A DNA stretch of 64,000 nt from Fimicolochytrium jonesii (Eukaryota). Shown one piece after another: positions 11,036-20,147 of this stretch (within the stretch, counting starts at the first letter, position 1; each line of letters begins with the position of its first letter). Where the stretch lies: assembly GCF_025526975.1 (NCBI RefSeq), contig NW_026515673.1, positions 558,001 through 622,000 of the forward strand, read 5' to 3'. A program made the translations under genes and the position numbers. The notes beneath the pieces are model-generated. The model was given only the letters and a program-made list of their open reading frames with translations. It was not told the DNA's origin and ran no database searches.

Positions 11036-11934
11036 TGGATGGGTGCAGGTTCCTTAACCGCGACATTCGCCGTGCGTATCTTGTTCGGGCAGAGTTTGGC
11101 TATGTGGCCGGGTTTACCACAGTAGAGGCAAAGTTTGTTTGTGATGCGGTGTTGGCGCTCTAGCGGTGTGAGGGGTCCTCGCGGACGAGCAGCGTCAATG
11201 ATCATAGGGTCGTCTGGGCGGTTGTCGGGGCTCATGAGGGTGGGGCTAGTGGTAACTGGCACATATGGCTGTCGGTTCCTGCTTCGCTCTAGACGGCGCT
11301 CAAACAATCGGTTGTCACATTGGATGGCCTGTTCCATCACGGTGTCGATTGAGGCGGTAGGGGGCATCGTGAGCATTAAGTCCTTGACGTCTTCTTTGAG
11401 GCCGCGACGGAAGGTGGCAATCAATGCCTGGTCATTCCACGACACATCGCATTGCAGCTGTCGGAATTCAGCTACATACTCTGTTGCTGCACGGGTTTGT
11501 CGAAGGTTCTGGAGCTTGTTTTCGGATGTGCGGATCCTGTCGCTGTCTCCAAAGACTGCTTGCATTTGCTGGATGAAATCATCCAGGTTCGTAAGGGAAT
11601 GATGGTCTTGTTCGACAAGGGGCGCCAGCCAGGCCTGGGCGGTGCCAGTGAGGTAGGTGCCAATAGTTCGTATCTTGGTCTGATCGTTGGGGTAGCGCCT
11701 GGGTTGGAGGGCGAACATGAGCCGGATCTGGTTGAGGAACCCACGGAACTTGCTTCGGGTGCCATCAAATTTGTCTGGGAGACTGATTTTGGGTTCGGGG
11801 GCGTGGGTGGCAGGGGCAGTGGTCTGGGTTTGCGCTAGTTCGGCTTGTAGGGTGGTATTCTGTGCTCGAAGTTCGTCAATCGCATTGCACATGGCTTGCC
11901 AGGCTTCGGCCGTGAGGGGAAGGGCGTCGGACAT
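11008..11934 (-). CDS. gag: Gag unit 3 (308 aa)
   Basis: Intact ORF with CCHC knuckle. Confidence 0.93.
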   Translation of the reverse strand: MSDALPLTAEAWQAMCNAIDELRAQNTTLQAELAQTQTTAPATHAPEPKISLPDKFDGTRSKFRGFLNQIRLMFALQPRRYPNDQTKIRTIGTYLTGTAQAWLAPLVEQDHHSLTNLDDFIQQMQAVFGDSDRIRTSENKLQNLRQTRAATEYVAEFRQLQCDVSWNDQALIATFRRGLKEDVKDLMLTMPPTASIDTVMEQAIQCDNRLFERRLERSRNRQPYVPVTTSPTLMSPDNRPDDPMIIDAARPRGPLTPLERQHRITNKLCLYCGKPGHIAKLCPNKIRTANVAVKEPAPIQDFAQVQLQ

Positions 11935-11985
11935 GGTGATTTGGCGTGGAGGTACAGCGGCTGGGGGTTGTTGAGCAGATCAAAC

Positions 11986-12515
11986 TGTTATGAATGGGCG
12001 GAGCCGATGGAAATAGAGGCGACTTGTGGTGCAGGTTGTTGACAGGTAATGGTATTCAGACCGAAACAAGAACTAGAACAAGACTAGGAAGAACTGGTGT
12101 TGATCTGCTGGGGGATCAGGAAGTGGGGAGCTCAGGGGAGGCGGCTATTTATGTTTTTCTGGGAAGGCTGGGGAAGCGTGGGGAAGCAGAAGGGTACGGA
12201 ATGAGAGGGAAGCCAAGAGAAGCGCCAAGGGTGGGGAAGCATAGAAACAGAAGACTGGGGATGGGGTGGCTACGCTGAGGCTGTGGGCGGGTACGTGGGG
12301 AAGTATGGAGAAGGGTTTGTAAGCGCCGAGTGTTGGGAGGTGTGGCTACGTGCGGCTGAGTGGAGAAATGAAGGCAGTGGCAGGTGTGGGGTAGCGCGGC
12401 TGCGTGCGGCTGCGAGGTTTGGCAGATGTCAGGTTTTGACAGGGAATTGACATTGACTGACTGTTGGGATGCTGTCATGAGGTAAGCGCATGGTATGGAC
12501 GCGTTGTCCATAACA
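11986..12515 (-). repeat. LTR copy 4
   Basis: Near-identical to the other LTRs. Confidence 0.96.
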
Positions 12516-14380
12516 CTTGTCAGGGTCGGGGTGAGTCAGGATAGGTGCAGAGGTGAAGGCTTTCTTGAGGGTTTCAAAAGCTAGGTGTGCAGCGTGGGTC
12601 CATTTGAATGGCAAGTCTTTGCGAGTGAGCGTGGTCAGGGGTGCAACGATCGCAGAGTACCCTTTGATGAATCGCCGGTAGAAGTTGGCAAAACCAAGGA
12701 AGCGCTGGATGCCTTTGACATTCGTCGGGGGTTCCCATTCGGTAATGGCAGCCGTCTTCTTTGGGTCCATGGAAATGCCTTGCTGGGAGATGATAAACCC
12801 CAGGAACTCAACAGAGTCACGGTTGAATTCGCATTTCCGCGGTTTCGCATACAGCCCGTGCTGGCGGAGTCGTGAGAGCACCTCTCAGACGTGGTTGGGG
12901 TGGTCTTCTGGGTTTTTTGAGAAGATCAGAATGTCGTCAAGGTAGACCACAACAAAAACGTCGAGAATGTCACGAACGATGTCGTTCATGAGGTGTTGGA
13001 ATACTCCAGGGGCATTGGTGAGCCCAAACAGCATGACATTATACTCGAATAGGCCGTAGCGACATCGGAACGCTGTCTTCCATTCATCCCCTGGCCGGAT
13101 CCGAAGAAGGTTGTAGGCTCCCCGGAGGTCAATCTTGGTGAGCCGGCGTGCCCCTCGAAGACGATCCATGATGCTGTTAATCAAGGGCAAGGGATAGCGA
13201 TTCTTGATGGTGATATTGTTGAGTCCACGATAGTCGACGCACAGACGGAGGGAACCGTCCTTTTTCTTGACAAAGAGGACTGGGGCACCGGCGGGAGACT
13301 TGGAGTGCTTGATGAACCCCTTAGCTAGGTTCTCTTCAAGGTAGTCACAGAGTGCTGCATTTCAGGCTCGCTGAGACTATAGATCGGGCCGAACGGTGGC
13401 TGTTTGCCCTCTTCTAAGTCGATGGGACAGTCGTAGGGTCGGTGCTCTGGGAGGGTATCCGCGTTCTTCTTGGCGAAGACGTCCGCAAAATCTTGGTATT
13501 CTTCAGGAATGATGGCCTTCGGATCTTTTGGAGGAGTGGTCGCCAGGGCTTGGGAATCTGACTTGGTCGGATTGGCGTAGGCAATGAATGCCTGGTCATG
13601 CCTTGCCGCCACACGGAAAGCTGGGGCGCTGATAAACGATACGTGGATCGGTGTGGGTGCTGGGTCCAGTGTGTTGGGTGTCTGGGCTAGGGAGACTGAA
13701 ATCTCGTCTTGATGGATACGGATCAGAGGTTCAGGGGTTTTTGAGGGCTTCGGGCTAGGTTCTGTTGGCAGGGCATCCCAGGAGGCGTATTGTCCAAAAC
13801 CGCAATGGCAGCGGACGCAAAGAGTGCGAGTCTTCCAGTGTAGCTCCACATCATGGAGCTCAAACCAGGGAAGCCCCAGGATGATTGGCGCATGCGGGGA
13901 ACATGTCACATGGAATACCACCTCCTCAAAATGGTCGTTGACCCACATGCCCAAAGGTTGGGTGTGATGGGTAATGGAGCCCGCATGGCTGGGACGTCCG
14001 TCAACCAGTTCAAGCGCAATGGGGTCCTCCTTCTTGACAAGTGGGATGCGGTGCTTGCGGGCATAACTTTCGTCGATGAAGCACGACATCGCACCGGTGT
14101 CGAGTAGTGCTGAAAGCTGAACTGGAGCTCGCTGGGCCAATATCTGCAGGGTAACAGGGTACTCGAATGGTGAGGATGGGCCCAAAGTCCGCATGGGTGA
14201 GGGTATCTCAGATAGGAGATTGACATTGTTGGTGGTCAGGAGAAGGGTGTTGCTGGAGATGCCAGGATCGGAGCAAGGTTTTGTGGCTTCTCCCTTGGCA
14301 GTACTTGCGTGGTGAGAAGGCCCAGGACAGGTGTTGCCCAGCTGCTCGGCCTTTACTGCAGCTGGACTTGGGCAAAATCC
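12429..14380 (-). pseudogene. pol: pol unit 4 (PR-RT), with a frameshift near 13355 and TGA at 12885-12887
   Basis: Split across ORFs 13325..14194, 12885..13190 and 12429..12881. Confidence 0.9.
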
Positions 14381-15279
14381 TGGATGGGTGCAGGTTCCTT
14401 AACCGCGACATTCGCCGTGCGTATCTTGTTCGGGCAGAGTTTGGCTATGTGGCCGGGTTTACCACAGTAGAGGCAAAGTTTGTTTGTGATGCGGTGTTGG
14501 CGCTCTAGCGGTGTGAGGGGTCCTCGCGGACGGGCAGCGTCAATGATCATAGGGTCGTCTGGGCGGTTGTCGGGGCTCATGAGGGTGGGGCTAGTGGTAA
14601 CTGGCACATATGGCTGTTGGTTCCTGCTTCGCTCTAGACGGCGCTCAAACAATCGGTTGTCACATTGGATGGCCTGTTCCATCACGGTGTCGATTGAGGC
14701 GGTAGGGGGCATCGTGAGCATTAAGTCCTTGACGTCTTCTTTGAGGCCGCGACGGAAGGTGGCAATCAATGCCTGGTCATTCCACGACACATCGCATTGC
14801 AGCTGTCGGAATTCAGCTACATACTCTGTTGCTGCACGGGTTTGTCGAAGGTTCTGGAGCTTGTTTTCGGATGTGCGGATCCTGTCGCTGTCTCCAAAGA
14901 CTGCTTGCATTTGCTGGATGAAATCATCCAGGTTCGTAAGGGAATGATGGTCTTGTTCGACAAGGGGCGCCAGCCAGGCCTGGGCGGTGCCAGTGAGGTA
15001 GGTGCCAATAGTTCGTATCTTGGTCTGATTGTTGGGGTAGCGCCTGGGTTGGAGGGCGAACATGAGCCGGATCTGGTTGAGGAACCCACGGAACTTGCTT
15101 TGGGTGCCATCAAATTTGTCTGGGAGACTGATTTTGGGTTCGGGGGCATGGGTGGCAGGGGCAGTGGTCTGGGTTTGCGCTAGTTCGGCTTGTAGGGTGG
15201 TATTCTGTGCTCGAAGTTCGTCAATCGCATTGCACATGGCTTGCCAGGCTTCGGCCGTGAGGAGAAGGGCGTCGGACAT
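14353..15279 (-). CDS. gag: Gag unit 4 (308 aa)
   Basis: Intact ORF with CCHC knuckle. Confidence 0.93.
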   Translation of the reverse strand: MSDALLLTAEAWQAMCNAIDELRAQNTTLQAELAQTQTTAPATHAPEPKISLPDKFDGTQSKFRGFLNQIRLMFALQPRRYPNNQTKIRTIGTYLTGTAQAWLAPLVEQDHHSLTNLDDFIQQMQAVFGDSDRIRTSENKLQNLRQTRAATEYVAEFRQLQCDVSWNDQALIATFRRGLKEDVKDLMLTMPPTASIDTVMEQAIQCDNRLFERRLERSRNQQPYVPVTTSPTLMSPDNRPDDPMIIDAARPRGPLTPLERQHRITNKLCLYCGKPGHIAKLCPNKIRTANVAVKEPAPIQDFAQVQLQ

Positions 15280-15318
15280 GGTGATTTGGCGTGGAGGTAC
15301 AGCGGCTGGGGGTTGTTG

Positions 15319-15328
15319 AGCAGATCAA
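15319..15328 (-). promoter_or_regulatory. Primer-binding site TTGATCTGCT, self-priming type; the same sequence follows LTRs 2-4 (e.g. 5281-5290)
   Basis: Lies 2 nt inside the 5' LTR and lacks TGG. It is the exact reverse complement of AGCAGATCAA in the LTR (15445-15454 on the minus strand). Confidence 0.75.
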
Positions 15329-15330
15329 AC

Positions 15331-15860
15331 TGTTATGAATGGGCGGAGCCGATGGAAATAGAGGCGACTTGTGGTGCAGGTTGTTGACAGGTAATGGTAT
15401 TCAGACCGAAACAAGAACTAGAACAAGACTAGGAAGAACTGGTGTTGATCTGCTGGGGGATCAGGAAGTGGGGAGCTCAGGGGAGGCGGCTATTTATGTT
15501 TTTCTGGGAAGGCTGGGGAAGCGTGGGGAAGCAGAAGGGTACGGAATGAGAGGGAAGCCAAGAGAAGCGCCAAGGGTGGGGAAGCATAGAAACAGAAGAC
15601 TGGGGATGGGGTGGCTACGCTGAGGCTGTGGGCGGGTACGTGGGGAAGTATGGAGAAGGGTTTGTAAGCGCCGAGTGTTGGGAGGTGTGGCTACGTGCGG
15701 CTGCGTGGAGAAATGAAGGCAGTGGCAGGTGTGGGGTAGCGCGGCTGCGTGCGGCTGCAAGGTTTGGCAGATGTCAGGTTTTGACAGGGAGTTGACATTG
15801 ACTGACTGTTGGGATGCTGTCATGAGGTAAGCGCATGGTATGGACGCGTCGTCCATAACA
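15331..15860 (-). repeat. LTR copy 5 (true 5' LTR); flanked by CCAGC at 15861-15865, the predicted outer TSD
   Basis: Same termini as the other LTRs. The adjoining sequence on the right is unrelated to pol. Confidence 0.96.
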
Positions 15861-16095
15861 CCAGCATCTGTGGAGAGCCAATGGGTGTAAGTACGTGGAG
15901 GATCCAGCACGTCAAGCAATGGGGCGGCGTGACTTCGGGTATGTGAAGACAGACGAGGACAGTAGCGAGGACGGCTTGACGCTGGGGGAGGGGCCCCCGG
16001 GGGAAAGTCTATAAAAGGCGGGGTGGCTCTCTCAGTTCCTCTTCTCCTCATCCGATCCTGTAAATACATAAATACATCATCGTACTTGAATCAAC

Positions 16096-17978
16096 ATGAG
16101 CAACAACGTCATGCACACCAACGACTCCGACGCCAAGGCTGCCGCCCTGCAAGCAGAATTAGAGCAGGTTAACCAACGCATGGCCGAACTGCGGGAGCAG
16201 GCCGCCCGCGAGCAGGCGGAGGCGGAGGAGAGACGCCGGGCTAGGGCGGCAGCCAACCGCGCTCTAAAGGAGCGCCTCGACCAGGAGCGTCGGCAGATGG
16301 AAGAGCTGCAGAGGTAAATGTCCTGGGAAGCGACCCGCCGGGGTAGATTTCCTGTTATGGACGACGCGCCCATACCATAATCTTACCTACTGACAGCCGC
16401 TAATGTCAAACGCCAATGTCGATTGCCAATGTCAAACGCCAATGTCAATGTCAATGTCAATGTCAATGTCAATGTCAATGCCAATGTCAATGCCAATGTC
16501 AATGCCACTCCCCCTCTCTCCTCTCATTTCGCCAATCCTCCCGCAATATCGCCACTCCTCCTCTCTCCTCTCATTTCGCCAATCCTCCCGCAATATCGCC
16601 ACTCCTCCTCTCCCCTCTCATTTCGCCAATCCCCCATTTGCCGCTCCTCCTCTACCCCGCTCATCTGTGAGCCAATCTCCGGCCATTTGTCAACCCCCCC
16701 AGTACTTCTCCACAGCCAGCAGCTGTAGCTTGCTCTCTACGCCTGCTACGCTCGCTCTAGGCTAGGGAGCAGAGCTGGCGCTCACTCAGTCCCCTCTTGT
16801 TGTTGTCTTTGGTCTGCTGGGTTGTTTATCTATAAATAGCCGCCCCCTCTTCGTCCATTCCCTTCCTCCCCAGCAGATCAACACCAGTTCTTCTCATCTC
16901 CTGTTCTAGTCCTTGTTTCTTGTTTCGCCAATACAATCTCTTGTCGCCTATCACACTTGCCCTGTCTTCTCTACTTCGCTTCCGCCCCCCGTCGTCGAGA
17001 TCATAACATTTCCAGGGAAGCAAATAACTCACTCTCCCCACAGGACGTTGGCCTCACCGCCTCCGACCGCAGTGCAGTCGGCGGCCGCCAGTCCGGAGCG
17101 CAGCGCCGCTGCGATCCGCGCCGGGATCCCCACCGCACCCACCGCACCCACCGCAGGCACCGCACCCACAGCACCCACCGAGCCAATTCTTGTCCGGGAG
17201 CAAACCCCCACTATCGAGTCCCGCCCCCCTCGCCATGTGTCGTTTCTGGCGACCCCGGAGAGGTCCACCCGCAGGGCCATTACCCAGGCCGGGGCCCTTG
17301 TTCCCGCCTCTGCTGGCCCAACCACTCCGACATCTGCCGTTCTCAGCGCTCTCAGCGCGGTCAGGACCCCTCCCAGCACCTCTGCCGTCCCGACAACGCC
17401 CTCACGGGCGGAATACAAAGAGACCTCTGCGATCGCAGCGGCGGAGCGCCACGAAAAGGACATCATCGAACAGGCGCACCTCATGGGGCGGTGGCAGATG
17501 TTGAGGGACGAAGTTGTCATTGAGATTGGAAGGTCCTACAATTGCGATGTAAGTTCAACCCCAGGGTATCACCCCCAGGAACCGCGGATACTGACCTCAC
17601 ACAGTTGGCCAGAATGACACCAGAGGTGGATGCGTTGGAGGCGAAGCTGTTCACCGTGGCGCAAAAGTCACCATGGAAACAATCTGATGTCCGGTAAGGC
17701 CCACCCCAACCCAGCGTGACTGGGACACAGGAGATTAACCCCGTTTTACTTGCAGCAAGAAGCGTGGATTGACGGCGGCAGAGCGCGAGGCGTCGGGGTT
17801 GGCGGCGCGCTATCGCCAAGACCAGGGGGCGCTGGCGACCATTGGGGCTGCGGCGACGGCGCGGAATGCTGCTGATTTCTTCCAGCAGCAGTTGGAGCAA
17901 GAAGAAGAGGAGGAAGACATCGAGGAGGAGGAGGAATACCCAAGGGGAAGGGGGAAGAAGCCCCGCCGACGCCAGTAG
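16096..17978 (+). CDS. Spliced hypothetical protein (coiled-coil N-terminus, P/T/A-rich middle, acidic/basic tail); about 4 exons
   Basis: TATAAAA near 16010. Exon 16096-16313 splices in frame (GTAAAT...CAG) to 17044 (R-TLASPPP). Further GTAAG...CAG introns at about 17549-17604 and 17693-17755. Confidence 0.6.
16353..17008 (+). mobile_element. Solo LTR (656 bp) of a related gypsy subfamily, TSD TTTCC
   Basis: Starts TGTTATGGACGACGCG and ends CATAACA. TTTCC lies at 16348-16352 and 17009-17013. Shares ATAAATAGCCGCC and CCCAGCAGATCAACACCAGTTCTT with the array LTRs. Confidence 0.93.
16402..16640 (+). repeat. (CAATGT/CAATGC)n hexamer run followed by a ~45-bp C/T-rich tandem repeat inside the solo LTR U3
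   Basis: Directly visible. It accounts for the CQCQ/NVNV/MSMS ORFs. Confidence 0.9.
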
Positions 17979-18141
17979 CAAACCTCCCCCTGCTTATCCA
18001 TGTTGTATCCGAGTTGTAAATCCAATGTATTTTTTTAATGAAATCAAGTTCCCCAAACATCTACGAGAAGGAATTCCCCCAGGGTGCAAACCCCTTGGGT
18101 GTGCAGACTACATCGTCCTATCCTCAGCCCATGAACAAAAC

Positions 18142-19615
18142 TCACAAGGGGAGGGGGCCAGCGAGATCTTTGATTGAGTCATAGACAATGTCTGAGAAGA
18201 GGGGGGTTTGAAGATACCAAAGCCCATTCCGTCGCCAAAGTTCGATCTGCTCGTCTCTGGGCGCATCAAGCTTTCCATGTTCAACGAGGAGTTGTTTGCG
18301 CGCAAGCTCCATCAATTCCGACACACTCTTGGGAGGCGAATCACCCGGGAGCGGGCTCCCATGGGGCATGACGTCGATGTCGTCAACAGGTATCGGCTGG
18401 GCTTTGGCCGTGTTCCTGCGTCCCCGCGGGTTGAATACACGCGCCTCTTCACTTCATCTTCTTCACTCTCGTAATCGGATCCCGCCAGTTCGCGAAGCTC
18501 TTCACCGACCCAATCCGAGTAGCATAAAGATTTCTCCAGCCAGGCATCGATCTGAGCCGCGCGCTTGAGCTTGCCCGCTTGTAGAGCCTCCTTGCGCTTC
18601 TCACTCATATGGTCGACCTTCATACCAAGTTCCTTCATTTCCAGATGTCTCTTGAAGAGCTTTGCTTCTTCGGTTTCACGGGCCTCGGCGCGGGCCAATT
18701 CCTTTGCGCGTTTCTGGCCCAATGGCCTGGGGTCTCCATCTGACATCCGCTTATTCCCCTTAAATTCTGGGGTTGGGGGCCTATGGTGGACCCCTGGGAG
18801 GCGGACCCTTGGGTACCATCCTCTCCCCCGCGGCTCCAATGGGGAGAGAGCTCAAGTATCTTCATACAGTCTGGGAATCGAAAGGAGCTTCCATTGTGAA
18901 GATTTTTCCAACGACTGTTGGCGTATTCAAGGTAATTGGCCTCAGCCCAACCGCTCTTCTTTTGTGACTTCCCCTGGGCGTAAAGCCCTGCCCAGGCCTG
19001 ACAGTCCTTCTGTATCTGCTTGTGCCAGCGGGTTTCGACCGAGTCAGTTGTGCGTGGCTCCCACCCGTTTTCCATGCAACTCTGATTGATTTTCTTGGCG
19101 ACCTGGGCCCAGAAGTAGGACTTCCTTTGTCCCGTACCCAGGACAGGGTTTTCAGAGGTGTGAATCCAAGCCCGTGTCAGGGCAACGTCTTGGGCCAAGG
19201 AGAAGTTGGTTTTGCGTTTTTTCGGTCCCGGTTTTGCACTCTTCTGCGTGGCCACCCCGGGGTTCTGAACCGTTGCCTTCTGGGTGACCCCAATCTCCAG
19301 AAGCGCTTCCTGGGTGGAAAGCGCTTCCTGATTCGAAAAGATGTTGCGAGAAGGGGGATCTCCCAACTCCAGTGTATCCTCCAACTCCAGTGTATCCTCA
19401 AGCACCAAGGCGATGCGGTTGGCTATAGAGTCCGGCGTATCCTGCCTGACAGGTGGGGTCTCTGTGTTCCGGAGGGGTGCAAGAGCGAGTGGAGTGGTGC
19501 GCAATAGGTGGCCCAAGGAGGACAGTCTATGCGGAGTACTGGGGACGCTATACAGACCCGATGGGAACCCAGGTGAATGGCCATAGCCAGCGTACGGCGA
19601 GTTGAAAGGGTTCAT
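18142..19615 (-). pseudogene. Myb/SANT-like + NAM-associated domain protein (Harbinger ORF1-like), probably frameshifted
   Basis: Motifs KRKTNFSLAQDVALTRAW...GTGQ...FW, SVETRW, SGW...F.F..C...L...P.W and RPLGQKRAK. The frame changes near 18770-18815 (50-nt intron or indel) and probably near 18450. TATAAATA lies near 19703-19710. Confidence 0.7.
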
Positions 19616-20147
19616 TGAGATTCAAACTCCCCTACGTATGCAACCCTGGGGTCCAAAATAGCTGCCGAAACGGCGGAAGTGCCGGACTGGCTTGGTTGCG
19701 GCTATTTATAAGCACAAAAGGGGGATCAACCCCCTGTGACACAAGAGGGCGGGAAGTTTACCCTCTGGGGGCAACCCCAGGGGAAATCCGGCTACTTCTA
19801 GCCGGCTCTCTCGTTTTTGCCCACCGATCACCGGCTACAACTGCTGCGCTTCGAGTTTTGCCCGTACGGTGGAAATGCCCAAGGGTAAAAAAAAAGGTGA
19901 GTCACTCCCTGATCGGCATTTTTAGCCGGTTTGGAGCCCTAAAGTAGCCACGGTGGAAGTGCCCTCAGGAACTTCCAATTCAAAGAGCAACAACCTATGT
20001 ATACATACACACTGCTCTACGCCGCTATCACATCCCTGCACACATGTTGCCCATCGTCCCCTACACTACACTACACAACGCTACAACAACCCACCCCAAC
20101 GAAATGCCGTATTTCTCGCGTCGGGGTAGGACTTCTCACGTCCCCCT

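Larger units (their letters stand above)
1..15860 (-). mobile_element. Ty3/gypsy chromovirus LTR retrotransposon, internally amplified: LTR-[gag-PR-RT-LTR]x4-RNaseH-IN-chromodomain; 3' LTR lies beyond the left window edge
   Basis: Five ~530-bp TGTT...AACA LTRs. Gag has a CCHC knuckle. Pol motifs: protease LLDTGA, RT YLDD, RNase H DAS/YDKELLAI/DALSR, integrase HHCC + D,D,E + GPF, and a C-terminal chromodomain. Confidence 0.97.
15861..19964. mobile_element. Probable PIF/Harbinger-like DNA transposon segment (right end only)
   Basis: Carries a Myb/SANT + NAM-associated gene typical of Harbinger elements. Candidate terminus GTAGCCACGGTGGAAGTGCCC (19944-19964) is followed by TCA. No transposase or left TIR is visible in the window. 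Confidence 0.55.

Noticed and set aside
1947..15860. Four independent nested full-length insertions
   Set aside because: All junctions are at the same base with only one complete TSD pair, and there is only one RNaseH/integrase region.
16506..16640. ~45-bp repeats as a possible CRISPR array
   Set aside because: The units are contiguous with no unique spacers, there are no cas genes, and the context is a eukaryotic LTR.
16403..16765. ORFs with CQCQ / NVNV / MSMS repeats
   Set aside because: They are translations of a CAATGT microsatellite inside the solo LTR.
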